This document shows, one piece after another, positions 34,790-47,868 of a DNA stretch of 64,000 nt. Source of the DNA: Oikopleura dioica (lineage: Eukaryota; Animalia; Chordata); assembly GCA_907165135.1 (NCBI GenBank), contig OU015570.1, positions 1,116,001-1,180,000 of the forward strand, read 5' to 3'. The translations under genes and the position numbers were made by a program. The notes under the pieces are model-generated. The model searched no databases and was not told the DNA's origin. It worked only from the letters and a program-made list of their open reading frames with translations. Numbering within the stretch: the first letter of the stretch is position 1; each line of letters begins with the position of its first letter.

Positions 34790-35221
34790 TACGGAGGAAT
34801 CTTAACAAAATAAAAGGTCAACGGAAAGATGGTTATGGAGGCTAGTTCATAAAATTGTGAATTTGAACTGGTTTCATCTATCGTTCAAATTGGCTTTAAA
34901 TTCGACCGTCCAGAAACAGGAACGTAATTATGTTAATTCGAGCCTCTTATTTAAGCTTGCAGTGAGGAAGAGGTACGATAATAACAATCATCGTAACATA
35001 AACCAAATCTAGCGACTGGAACAAAACGGTGAAATTTTAACAAGTGAAGAGAACTCCTTCGGCCCGGCAAGACAAACAAAAAGTCTCGAACAATGAGATA
35101 TTCTTCCAACAATGTCAGATCTCATAATCACCCGCCGGTAAGCCGATTTCGCCTCATTCGCCATCATAAGGCCAGATTTATTGAAGTTAGTTCGAGATCG
35201 TTCGAGAATACAACAAACCAG

Positions 35222-35715
35222 GGAGGTTTTTAATCTCGCCCCTGCCGATTGTGAAATCAACAAGGAGGTTCTCAGCCTCGTCCCTGCCGATGCTGAAATC
35301 GCCAAGGAGGCTCTCAACCTCGCCTCTGCCGACGATATTGCAGCTTAACTGCAATCAGAAGATTTTGCAGCCAAACTGCAAAGCCGAAGATTTTGCAGTC
35401 AAACTGCACGGCCGAAGATTTTGCAGCCAAACTGCAAGGCCGAAGATTTGCAGCCAAACTGCATGGCCGAAGATTTGCAGCCAAACTGCATGGCCGAAGA
35501 TTTGCAGCCAAACTGCATGGCCGAAGATTTGCAGCCAAACTGCACGGCCGAAGATTTTGCAGCCAAACTGCACGGACGAAGATTTTCAGACCGAAACTAA
35601 GGGTGTAAGGCCAACCACGCCTCTGCCGACATCGGAATTGCCAAGGAGGTGCTCAACCTCGCCTCTGCCGACGCTGGAATCGCCGAGGAGGTTCTCAACC
35701 TCGCCTCTGCTTATG
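35222..35715. repeat. 42-bp coding-like repeat (xLAxADxEIAKEVL) interrupted by a 27-28 bp array (35340-35590)
   Basis: ggaggttctcaacctcgcctctgccgac units; tttgcagccaaactgca(c/t)ggccgaaga about 8 times. Confidence 0.8.
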
Positions 35716-36243
35716 CTGGAACCTGACTCAGATCGCCCGACTGGCCTTAGGCCACACAACTGGCCGCGGTCCACCCGACTCGCCCTTGTCCACCCGACAC
35801 GCTTCAGCTACAAAATGTGAACCCAGTTATCCGACTGGACTTTACCCCGAGACCGGCCGAGCGCCTTTGTCTTCAAGTGACAAAAGTGACTTTGGTCAAA
35901 ACAAGCAAGCTGTTGTGGATATACCAGGTAATGCTCAACTCAAAAGTCTGAAAATAATGTATAGAAATAATAGCTATCCTAATGGACGACTGGGATCTAG
36001 CAAGAGGAGCTTCGGCGCGGGGCCAAAATGGGTCCTCCCTTACACCGAGGCCGTTATGGGCGAGCAGCATGACCCTTCACACCGTAGCCGTTTCTGACAC
36101 CTGGAGTTGGCCCTTTATAAACCCTACTGCTTTTTACTTTTTATCATTCATATAGAGATAGTTCAATACTGCAATAAACAAGAGATAGATTAGATAACTT
36201 ATGTGTTTTTGATATATATAAGGATAGATAAGCAAATCCTACA
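35604..36243 (+). repeat. putative LTR
   Basis: TGTAAGG start and ...CCTACA end (TGTA/TACA termini); tttataaa at ~36114; aataaa at ~36173; followed by a PBS. The 5' boundary is uncertain. Confidence 0.55.
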
Positions 36244-36244
36244 A

Positions 36245-36257
36245 TGGTGTCAGAAGT
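36245..36257 (+). promoter_or_regulatory. primer-binding site TGGTGTCAGAAGT
   Basis: CA|A|TGGTGTCAGAAG, a common gypsy-type PBS one nt after an LTR-like CA end. Confidence 0.7.
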
Positions 36258-36999
36258 TTACGAATTCAACTAGCTCTTAGGAAAGACTTTCCCTTCATGT
36301 AAGTAACAGTCGGGTAGACTATAAAAAAGAGTCTGCGATGGACTTTAATCTAAGGGTCCGAAATGACCTACAAGCTACGAGTCCGGAATGACTTTAAAGC
36401 TACGAGACTGAGATGACTAAAAATATATAAATCCGAAATAATTTTGTAAACTTCGAGTCCAAGTGACTACATAAACACGTGTCTATATCGGAAATAGATA
36501 AGAGTCATCAATGACTGAAAATAATGAGTCTATTAGACTGTTAAAACACTGCTGGTTTGCAAACAGCTGTTTAAACGGAAGGTCGGTTGGCTCCTTCCTT
36601 GAGTTAATTCCACTCTCTCGAAGCACTTGAATTCAAGTACTTTCCACTTGAGATCAAGTGTTTACACCTGTCAGCTAAATAAACTAAACAAAGCATTATG
36701 AGCAATTTCCGGTGAGTAATTGCCCTGCACTTGAAGTACTTGGCACCTGAACATATTCTGAGCGCGAATTTTGAACAGGCAAAGTAGGCGCACTTGCGCA
36801 CGGGAACACTTGACTTTTTTTTTCGTTTCCGTTATTTGGACACGTGACTTATCAGAACTTGTGCTCAATTGACTGTCACACGCTTATGAAAATACCTTAC
36901 TTTTTTGAGTCAATGGAGCATTATAGCTCATATACGGATGAAATGAATGAGTAAAGCACTCTTTGAGGAACGAGTTGATCTTCGATGCAGGAAATTTAA

Positions 37000-37365
37000 T
37001 TAACTTTTTGGGAGATGGTAAAGTTTAACAATTTTCGGGAAAATGTTTAATTTTAACAATTTTCGGGAAAATGTTTAATTTTAACAATTTTCGGGTAAAT
37101 GTTAAATTTTAACAATTTTCGGGGAAATGTTAAATTTTAACAATTTTTTGGGAGATATAAATTTTAACAATTTTCGGGGAAATGTTAAATTTTCACAATT
37201 TTTTGGAGATGTTAAATTTTAACAATTTTCGGGGAAATGTTAAATTTTAACAATTTTTTTGGAGATGTTAAATTTTAACAATTTTCGGGGAAATGTTAAA
37301 TTTTATCAATCTTAAGGGAGATGTTTAATTTTAACAATTTTTGGAGAAATGTTAAATTTGAACAC
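37000..37365. repeat. ~30 bp AT-rich minisatellite (~12 copies)
   Basis: aatgttaaattttaacaattttcgggga units. Confidence 0.9.
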
Positions 37366-37515
37366 TTTTCCCGGAGTTGTTTACATCTCAGACCTTAAAT
37401 TCGACCCTGTGTTCAAATCGAACCTTATGTTCAAATCGAACCCTGTTCAGTCTCTTGAATTCAGTCAGGTATAATGAACACTTATTATCATTGATAATAC
37501 TTTTACGCGTCTAGA

Positions 37516-37740
37516 TTGGCCTTTTCAAAGGGAAGAAAAAGTGCTGAAATAGTCGTTACTGCCGCTCCACGATTACAAACGCCACTGAATCTACAAATTC
37601 CTCGCGCCCGCGTACCAAAAATCGAAACTTTGAATGCGTTTTTAAGGGTGTTTGAATGGAGACAGGGGGTCAAAAAATGGAGCGAAAAAGTCATTTTAGA
37701 CCACGTAGAATCCGTATCTGCCATCCAAAAAGAAAAATAG
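37516..37740 (+). pseudogene. possible gag N-terminal remnant
   Basis: ETLNAFLRVFEWRQGVKKWSEKVILDHV resembles a retrotransposon gag pattern and lies downstream of the PBS. Confidence 0.25.
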
Positions 37741-39309
37741 GGACTTTGAAAAATGAGGGGGATCCTTAAACTGCTCTCTTCGTTTAATTCTTCGTCATCT
37801 TTAATAAACAATATCAAAAATAAAAGGAATAATCCTCGAAAATGATAAATATTTTTGAAAAGCAAAAGCATATTAAAAATTTGGCTCCTTTTGAAAAGGA
37901 AACCTCGGCGGGGCACTGATCGGGCAAGAATCACTCCACCGATTTTGTGTTTTACCCTTGACTTTCTCCGTGAATTAACGGGAGGCTAACATTTATGCAT
38001 GAACTAACGCATGGGACTTAGTTGGTTTTTGTGGCCATTAATTAATTGTTTGAAAGATGAAAAGTAATAATGCTTTTTCGACAAAAATAAAAATACGATA
38101 TTATATAATTATTTTATAATAATTATTGAAATTATTTAATCATAATTTTTATGTGTTATGAAAATAAGTTTCATATTTTTTTGAAAGATAGATAAAATAT
38201 TTATAAATTATATTTCCGGACCGGAAAAAGAGCTTCCGTACCGGAAGCATGTGTTTATATTAAGAGTGTATATTGATCTTTCTATTTGTAATTACAACGC
38301 ACGTGATTTCGGAGAACCTCGGAGGACCCTTATTTGCCGGGTGTAAGACCTAATTTCCAATCATTCTTCCTTTTATTCTTCACAAAATGAAAAGAACATT
38401 GTTAATGAATTAAATACAGTTTTCCCCTTTTGTGAACCCAAATTTCGTGGAGATTTTCTTTATTTTAAAGGGTTTTTGTGGGACATATTTGCAAGGATAA
38501 TGTTCCACTTTTGTGGATATTTGTCCAGCTTTTTTATAAAAAATTAATGGCCTCAACCGTGTTATTGACTAAAAATGGTATAAAAGGCAGAAAAAAATCG
38601 TTTTGATGATGAAACTTCCCATTTTTCGAAGAAAAATTTATCAAAAAATTTGAAGGCTCTACGACGGGAGATTTTTTGAAGACTCTTGCCCACTTTTGTG
38701 GACATTTTTATGAAAAGTTGGGACAAAAAATGTCCACAAAAGAGGAAAATATGAATTGTATCATAACGATATTTTTTACGCGTTTTTTAAGCGAAGGGCC
38801 TAGATATGACGTCAAATGTGCAAATTGGGGATAGATAAGAAGGCGAAAATGGAGTTTTTATCTAAAAAATTGCTACAAAATTTTCAAAAATATTTTTAAA
38901 AAATCTTCCAGTAAGAGTATTAGTAGGGTCCGTACACAAAAATTCTAACTATTTTATCACATAAGTAAATGAGTTGAAATTTTAAGGGGTTAATTGGTTG
39001 CCCTATACAAATATAAATAAGCATTTTTTCATAAATTTTGAAAAAGGGTTGAGGAGTAAATCGCAAAAATAGGCTGAAAAATAGCCTTCTCCATCGATTT
39101 CAAAAATTTTTATTATTTCAAGTTATGTAAAAAGGGGGATTTTGTAAGGGAGAATATCCCTTACATTAGTGTTTGAGTTGAGAGAGCAATATTCTGTTCT
39201 CAGTCACAATGACTTTCCCTATGTTTGGTCGCCGGAGGGCGCTAATTGAGTGAAGATGTTAGGCAAGAATCGCTCTTGCCTGTAGCAAACGCTTGTGTCC
39301 ATTTCTGGT

Positions 39310-39395
39310 TACTTCCGGTCAACTTCCGGTCAACTTCCGGTCCACTTCTGGTCACTTCCGGTCCACTTCCGGTCACTTCCGGTTCACTTCCGGTT
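39310..39395. repeat. (cacttccggt)n decamer array
   Basis: Direct reading, about 8 copies. Confidence 0.85.
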
Positions 39396-41931
39396 CACCT
39401 CCAGATCATTACTATAAGTGCAGATCGATCCATATACCTTACTAGTGCATTACTGAGCTAATGCTCACTTAAAACAGCGCCATCTAGTGTGTGCTCTCTC
39501 AATCTAGTGTCAGCTCTCTAGCGCCACCTAGTGGACACTCAGGAATAGCTCTCTAGTGACCTCTAGTGGTGATACACTAGCGCCACCGATGGTGAGCACA
39601 AAAACATATGTTTACAAATAACAATGTATTGACTCAATGTGTGGGTCAATGATTCACTTCTGACGCTTGAATGACATCATCCGAAGAGACTCCTGGAACC
39701 TTCTAGCGACAATGACTCACGCTGACGAATTATGACATCATATTGGAGAAGATATTTGATTCTTCTATTACTGTTCTAAGAAGCTACATGATTATTCTAT
39801 TACTGTTCCACGAAAGTTCTCGAACATTCTTATTATCCCTTTCTGAGTATATAAGGGCGATTTTCGCCTCAATAAATCATTCTAACGAACCAAACAAAAA
39901 CACTTGTCTTTTTATCCAGCAGAAGAAACCAGCAAACAACAGCAGAAGCAACAACACCAGCAGCAACAACACCAGCAGCAGCAACCACAACGGCCGCTGA
40001 GCAATCAGTGGTAACAAGTACTCTCACGGGTACTTGCGAACTCAGGTCTACCGAAGACCGTCTACGCCTTAGTAGAGCTGTTTTGAGTCTTGAATCTTGT
40101 AGTCGCAGTGTATTGTCTATTTAGTCGTACACGCATAGACCCAAGTATAAAAACCCGAGCAGGAATTTGACTAGCGTCAGGAGACCGGTACCAGGGTACT
40201 TTATTTGTGCCCTATTAGATTTTTATTTTAATTTTCAATAAAAAAGTTTGAAACACGACGAGAACATGTTCAAATTGGAGAATAAAGCTCAAGAATGAGC
40301 CTTTTTGCAGCGTGCCGCGGGTGCAGCACCCCACTTTCCTTATTTGGAAGTGGTAGGGTGAGCGCGGCGTAAAAAGAAAAATACCACGCTCAGAATAATA
40401 ATTATTCAAATTATTTGAAAATAAAAAAGGTATTTAAAGATAAGTTGTAAAGATTAAGTCTCAGAAAATTAACTTAAAATAGAAAACAAATTTGAATTAT
40501 ATAATATAATTTAAATTAAAATCTCTTATGAATAAATCATATTATGATTAAATTATAATAAATTCTAATAAAAATCTCAGCCCGTCTCAGCCCCATCGCT
40601 GGCAAATTTAAATTAAGGGGCTTGACATAGGCCGGTCCAGTCCCCAACCCTTCCCGCTCCCTTTTTCCAATTTATCTTTATACACACGTTTTTATTTTTT
40701 CTTATGGATTTTATTTAATTATTTAAAAAACCTCACCCTCACCATATATTTCTCTTTATAATTATTTATTAATATCAAATTATTATTATTTCTGAAAAAA
40801 AAACTAACAGAGCTTTTATATCTAGCTCTCAATTTTTCGCAAATTTGCGCGGCCACCCTTTATCACGCGCTCCCGTGCTTGATCGAGCGCTGCGCGCCGC
40901 GTTCAAAACATCGGCGAAATTTACAGTTTTTTGTAAATTACGGGCGATGGAGTGGGTGTTTCAGATTTTTGAATTTGAGTTTTGTTCGGTCTTCCGGTCA
41001 TATTGGTACCTTCAAATTTTTTGAAGTCGATGGACAACATATTGAACCCGAAAATGCCCATTTTTGACGAATGATATCTTTTCAACCCTTTAGTTTAGGA
41101 AAAAGGTAAAAAAGCAAAATCACTTAGATTAGCTATTTCTAAAATATATTGGAAAATCAAAAAGATTGAGCTTTTATTTCGGGTACCTAATTTTTGTGTA
41201 CGGACCCCGGTATTAGTCTTCCATGAGAATAAGTTCCCCAAAAGAAGGGGTCCTCCAAAATCTTATGACCAAAAAAGGTCAAATAAAATAACATCAATGT
41301 TTGGTCTCTTCCACCAGATTTTTCTTCCAGCTTACTGTGTCCTCCAGAAAGGTCCTCCGAGAGTCACGTGGTAATATCAATACAATTTCAAAATTATTAT
41401 ACATGAAAGTATTTCTTCAAAACAGATTTTGGTATTTCTTTTCCGGAGTCGAAAAAGTCTTTTCTAGAATTTTGAGCTCTCCCAGGATCAGGTCTTTCAG
41501 TAGGCGGAGGTCCATAGCGGTAGTGAGAACGAATTGCCATTTTCAAAACAAAAGACTTCTTCTCCATTGAAAAACTGCTGGTCTAATTCTGCATCGTAAT
41601 CATCGCTGTCGCTTATGATTTCAGGTTCTGCAGCCATTTCAAGGTCATCCAAGCTCACTTTCGCGCCATTTGAGCCTTTTCTAACTTCGCACTTGATTTC
41701 TTCGTTGTCTTCCTTGATTTCGTCGACTTCTTCTGCTTCTTCTTTGACCTTGATCTCCTCCTCGACTTCTTCTGCTTCGACTTTGACCTTGATCTGTTCC
41801 TCGACTTCTTCTGCTTCTTCTTCGACCTTGATCTCTTCCTTGATCTCTTCCTTGATTTCTTCGGTATTTCAAACTTTCCTTTTGCAACTCGTTTTTCAAT
41901 TGTTTCATGTTTTTGCGATTGAGGAAGGATG

Positions 41932-42439
41932 CAATTAGCCTGGGTCTCAGACCCAGGATTCATTTCAAAAGTGACGCCTGGGTCTCAGACCCAGGATACC
42001 CCCTCAGAAGTGACGCCTGGGTCCAATACCCAGGATTTATTTAAAAATGAGCAAATTGGGCAGACTTCGTCGATTTATTGTCTGAAAATTTTCAGAACTA
42101 TTTGCCCCTTACCACGGGGCTCCGCCCCTTAGGTCCTAAAATGCCGGGGTCTAGTCTAGGGTTACTTAGGGTTACCTTCAGTAACCCTAACTAACCCTAG
42201 CCTATCCCCCTCGTGTGAGTTTGTTCTGTCATTTTTGCAGGTGCCCCCTAACCCTAACCTTAATTTTAGCAAATACTAGACTCCTTATCAATTATTTATA
42301 GGAGGAAATTGTTTTTTTCTTCTAATAACGCTCATCTCCAATTTTCGGACCCAGGCGTCACTTCTGAGGGGGAATCCTGGGTCTGAGACCCAGGCGTCAC
42401 TTTTGAAATGAATCCTGGGTCTGAGACCCAGGCTAATTG
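41932..42439. mobile_element. MITE with TIR caattagcctgggtctcagacccagg, containing a Helitron-like copy
   Basis: Inverted ~90 bp ends; interrupts a decayed acidic/basic minus-strand ORF (41500-43378). Confidence 0.75.
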
Positions 42440-43522
42440 TATACTTCCGCGATTGATACTTATTGCGTTTTTACAAACTTCATCTCCAACGTAAAATTTC
42501 ATCATCTCGCTGTAGGGAACTCGGCATTTATTTAAAGTTTATAGTTAAAGTTATTTAAAGTTTCCTTCCAGTTTTTCGTATTTTAATACTGTTTATCGTA
42601 AGGGTCAGTAACCTCGGCGTAAAACTGCATGGAACAATGGCATAGATCTTCTTTACGAGTGTCTTTTTGCGTTTGGAAGCATTTGTAACAACGGACATTA
42701 AGTCGCCATTGAAAAACTAAGAGACGTTACAAATTGATTTTAGAAGTGAATTTAGCTCTTAGCTGAAACAGGATTTTTTCCTATGATTTTACTGTATTTT
42801 TGACCACCTGATTACTCCACCACCAGTAATGGTGTTGACTACAGACCTTTCTCTACATGACACAAAAGAGATAACTGAAAAATATTGAGTTTAAGGTAGT
42901 CAAAAGCGCTCCACCATTTTGCAGCAGTATAAAAAAAACCTGTTTGAGATAATGAACGTAATTAACACCAACTGTAATCACCTTTTGACTCATCGTAATG
43001 GGGCTCATTGGGCTTACACTTCCATTTTTTGAAATCAGTCGGATTTCGTCCGTAAAATCTGAAGATGCTTGTCATCATCAACACGAAAAAACTGACGTTT
43101 CCGCCGTTTCCGTGAGCCTGGATTGAGAGGAGTTTTTTAAGTTTGATTTTTGATATAATTTTGTTAAATAATCTTTCAAATAGATAGAACTTTTCCTCGG
43201 GAGAGTTGTAAGTAGCAAACTCTTTCAGTTCTTCGACTTCAATCTTGTCAGGCGGAGCAATAGTTGGGAACTGTTTGTCGAATTCATCTCTGCTCCGTTT
43301 TTGAGTTTTTTTCTTTGCATCTTTCTTATGCTTCTCCCGTGTTTCAGCATTTTTCTTATCAGATTTTTTCTCTTTCATCTTTTTTTTGACTCCAAGACGT
43401 AGGAGTAATTACTATCAGAATGATAAAAACTTTTATCACTAGAGTTCTAGAAGCAAGACACTTTACAAATCGTAATTTATTAATTCAGGCTTCAATCTAT
43501 CGACACATTCAACTAACTACTC

Positions 43523-43825
43523 GTCATTGATGCTTCCAGTCCATCCTTGCAATTCTACCAGAGAGGCGTCTCCCCAGAAAACCTTGATCACGGTGTTCTC
43601 GCTGTTGGTTACAGAACTGAGGTGAGATTATGAACATGTGATTAGATATTAACAATGTTTTAAGGATGGCGAGCACTACTACCTCGTCAAGAACTTCTGG
43701 TCCGAGCCTGGGGAAACAACGGCTACATCAAAATGGCCCGAAACAAGGACAACCACTGCGGTATCGCCTCCTACGCCGTCTACCCGGTAGTCTCATCTGT
43801 CGACAACAAGGGCGAGCCATTGTAA
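43523..43825 (+). pseudogene. CTSL: cathepsin L-like cysteine protease, C-terminal fragment
   Basis: IDASSPSLQFYQRGV..ENLDHGVLAVGYRTE | 43-bp intron gtgag..tttaag (43622-43664) | [38 protein letters not shown]; frameshift and deletion. Confidence 0.9.
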
Positions 43826-46800
43826 ATTAAACTCGACTGATCCTGCCACAATCAACACTCATGAACCCAGCTCTTCTCCATCATCCGAAACTCCTTGAGG
43901 CGACCGCTTTGAAGATTTGGTCAAAGTTGTTTTCATTACACTTTCCGTTCTTTCTTTTCAGTGCTCAACATGTATGCAAAAAACTAGCTCAGTAATTTTC
44001 TTGATTTTAAATTCTTAGCCTATCCGAAATTTTCTGTCAGTTCCACTTCAATTCTTTAATTCATTGGAAAGTTAATAAAAAAGAAATTCAACTTGAAGAA
44101 CTGCGAAGTTTGTCCAAATGCGTGCCGATCATTTGAGAACTACTGCGTATTTTTTGCTTTTTTTGCATGCTTATTATCACTTTATTGAATAAAACCGATT
44201 TTGGTTGAAAGAATGAAAAATATCTTTATTAACAAATTATGCAAGGATAAATGGAAACAAGGAGGTATGGACAGCATCGCTCTTAAAATCGTTTGCATAA
44301 TCGGTCGGCCCTAAAAGAAAATCTCAAAAGGTTAAGACGTGAAGGAAGCTTACCTTAAATTCAGGAGGCAGAAAAAGAGCAACTAACGAATATGCCGAAA
44401 ATGAGATAAATGACCAATTGACTTTTCTTTCCTTCTTTTTGCATCTTAATTCGTGTCTTTATTTCATTAAAACGTAACAGTAAAAACAATCAAATTAAAT
44501 TTTTTACAATGAACAATTACACGGTTTTAGTCATTTAGAGAATTTTTACATGGTTTTAGTCAAAATAGGTTGGTTTTTTACCTTTACACGGATTCAGACA
44601 ATTTCACCTTATTGAAACCATGTAACGGCTGAATCCGTGTAATTACACGGTTTAAGATATACACGGTTTCACCTTTACACGGTGTCAGGTATTTACACGG
44701 TTTTATGCCCGATCCTCCGCGGCATAGCTATTACATAACAAATTGACTCGGTTAGTCTGCTCTGAGAATGATGGAAAAAATAATTCTTAAAATCTTTTAG
44801 ATTTTGTTTTTAATGAGCAATACTATTTTTGTTGATAAAAACTTTTCAATTTAATGAAAAATTTATATTTAGCATATTAGTGGCAAGTACCCCTAAGAAA
44901 AGGATGCAGATAGGCTCTTATGCAGCATAAGTTATGCTTCGCAGTTCATTTTCGTTAGGTCTGACCGTTCGATGCTTCTAATCGTCTTGGTTCCGATGAA
45001 ATTGCGCGTCATTGAAAGCAACGTTCCAGTAGAAATTTTTAAGAGCAAGAAGAAATATCAAAGTCGTTGAATCGCGACAAATGTGTTTTTCTACAATTGG
45101 ACTGGCGATAAACTGCGTAGATAGATACTTCTGCAGGTCGATTTGCACTTTGAGAGGGGCATTAGACCAAACTCAGGGGTTGAATTTTGAGGCAGTTTTT
45201 GGATTTTTTCAATTATTCTAATATTTATATATCTAATATAATAATGTAAGTTCTTGTTGGTTTCATAAGAATAATCATTCTTCCGTTTAAAGAGGGCCTC
45301 CAGATGCTGCTTCGTTTTTAACCAATCAGAGCGCGCCTAGCTTTCTCATGGCGATTCATAACAAACTGCTAGAATTAAAACTACCAGCACAAGAAAATGG
45401 TGAATTTTTAGAGAAACTTTCGAAAAGGAAAATGATTTTTTATATAAGCGCTCTCATAATTTTGCAACGCGGAGTTTGTGCTGCACCGCTAAATTTGAAA
45501 AACCGAGAGAAATCGGCGATTTCGGGGTCGAATAAGAAATTCAACAGTGTCATTTTTTCGCCGTATTTGATAATCTAAGTTACATTCGAATTTTCATCTT
45601 CGATATTGAGGGTTTTTCTTTTTAAAAAAATTGGGTCCTCCAATCGTGCGGAACCCTAGCTTTTGTTTGATCTAAAATTCTGATTTTTTTCGGTTTACAG
45701 ATTCCGGGTCTGTGAAATGAAGAAGGGCCTTTTAAGTGATCAATAATCAATCATACGGAATCGTGTACTCCCGGTAAAAATTGGTAATTCCAGTATCGAA
45801 ATTAGCAGTGCTGAAAGAAAAATGAAATCATTTAAAAAACAATAAAAAACAGGAGTCAATTACTGACAACAAGTAAGATATGAGTCGTATATCATATGAG
45901 ATTCGATAAATTTATTTTAAATTTTGCAAGAAAGTCTGTATAAATTTTTCGATAGATCAAACGAGAACAAACAATTAATTAGGAAGTCCAATATTGTCGG
46001 CCAAGAGTCCTTTTCTTCAAACTTATTTATGTTAACGCTTGTTCCTTAAATTTTTCTTGGTTTTAAGTTTAAGGAATCTTCACGGCAGCGCAAGCGCCCG
46101 ATTTGAAAAATCCACGTTTATTTGCCATCAATTTAAAATTTTCTTTTTCAAGAAAACTTGTATTTTCCTAGCTTATTCCACATATGATATTGTAGTGGTT
46201 TTCCTACTGTTTACGCTATGAAATATGGGATTCATGCGCGCGGTCAACGTAATAATGCTCATTGAGCCGTGTCGCACCAAACGCCAAGGCTGCCACTTCA
46301 TCAGGCATTGACAGCTCGCCCCTCTCCATCCTAGCGTTATGGCCAACGCCGAGTTAGTACGACCAAGTCTAAGTCCGTGCCACCGATGAATGTTGTTCTC
46401 TTCTATAAAAACGACTCGACCCCTAAAATTGTATCATTCCATTCCCTGACTTTCCAGGTAGTACAACACTAATATTTTTTCTATTTTCTGTTTAAACCTA
46501 TCAGGATAAATAAACATATTCGAGATTGATTTCCGATAAAGAAATAGGTAGACTATACTTTAAAAAATGTTTATTGTCTTCGTGAGTAGAAGACGGGTGA
46601 AGACTACCTTAAGTCGTCTTCAGAAGGGACAGAAGAGCAAATTCTTTATTGGGTTATACATCTTCGTGAAAATAAAACCATATTGGAACAAATTCAATTG
46701 TGTGTCCCTAAAATTTATTTGTACTTCTGTTTGGGTGAGAAAAAAGAAAGATAATCTCCAAAATTTTAACTGAGGAAAACTGTTCCAAAGATACCGAATT

Positions 46801-47112
46801 TTGGTGAACTACAGGGCAGAGAAGGCTGATTGGGCTACTCTAGGCCAATCCGAGGCGTGGTTGAACCACCCTCGGAGCCTTTCTGCGTTGTTATTTTCCT
46901 AAATCGGTAAAACTTACTTTTTTGGGCGTTTTCGAAGTATAAAATTTTCGAACTGACGAGAATCGCTAAAAACGCCCTCTCAACAACATATGTTCTAGAG
47001 ATAGGCCGTCCTGAATTTTGATTGGCTTAACTCAACAATATCCTCAGCCTCGGGGGTGTTTAGCGATTCTCGTACCTAAAACCCTTGGTTAAAAAAGTAA
47101 CAGGTGAAAATA

Positions 47113-47868
47113 CAGTGAAACCCTAACTTAAGGCCACATTTTGGATGACAGCTAATTTGAAAAATGGCCTTAAGTTGGGTGATTCCCCAACTAAGTTAAA
47201 TGACGCTTAAATTTTTCGATTTCTGGAGTAAGGGACTAAATCATGGGAATCAAAAATGAAAGGCGAAGGGTTTTATCAGAAATTTCTCGCACGAACTAGG
47301 AATGAATTGTAAAAACTGAATGCGCCATTTGAATCAAACCTTAGGTTATTTTTTCATTCTCTTTAAAATATATTTGCTGCAAACATGTCGCAAGAAGAAA
47401 AGAGAATCCACATGACATTGGCCGAGAAAAAAAGATATGCAGAGATTCTAGTGAAGACGCCGAAGGAAAGTGATGCAAAGAAGATTATTAATGGGATATT
47501 TCGAAAGAAACATGGTGGAAAAGACCTTCCGACGCGGACATTTTCTCGACTTTATGATCAGCGGTTCAAAATCTTGGATTCTAAATCGAAACGAAGGTTT
47601 CAAATGCCTCATTAATCGAACATTTAATCAATCGAGCAATTTGTAAAGAAGATCAAGGAAGAAACCGGAAAAAGGAAAATCAAAATCAAAACACGTGGAC
47701 TTTCTAATTTCATTCTAAAAATAAGGAACGATTTTTTCCCGATGATGAAGAAATCCAGCAGCTACAAATTGAAAAAAAGGCCTAAAGTTGGGTTTTTTTC
47801 GGATGACAGGATTCGGGGATTTTTCAAAAAAGTGGCCTTAAGTTGCTCGGCCTTAAGTTGGGGTTTCA
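47113..47868 (+). mobile_element. pogo/Tigger-like deleted transposon with CENP-B-type HTH ORF (47385-47760)
   Basis: TA|CAGTGAAACCCTAACTTAAGGCC and inverted GGCCTTAAGTTGGGGTTTCA; KRIHMTLAEKKRYAEILV...TFSRLYDQRFKIL. Confidence 0.75.

Noticed and set aside
41655-41963. Protamine-like or RS-rich ORFs (also 3662-4042)
   Set aside because: They are off-frame readings of Glu/Lys-rich low-complexity sequence.
42240-42262. Telomeric (CCCTAA)n seed
   Set aside because: Only about two units, and a fixed part of the Helitron-like repeat.
42962-43378. Ulp1/OTU protease assignment for the 138-aa ORF
   Set aside because: No convincing catalytic His/Asp/Cys motif; left unassigned.
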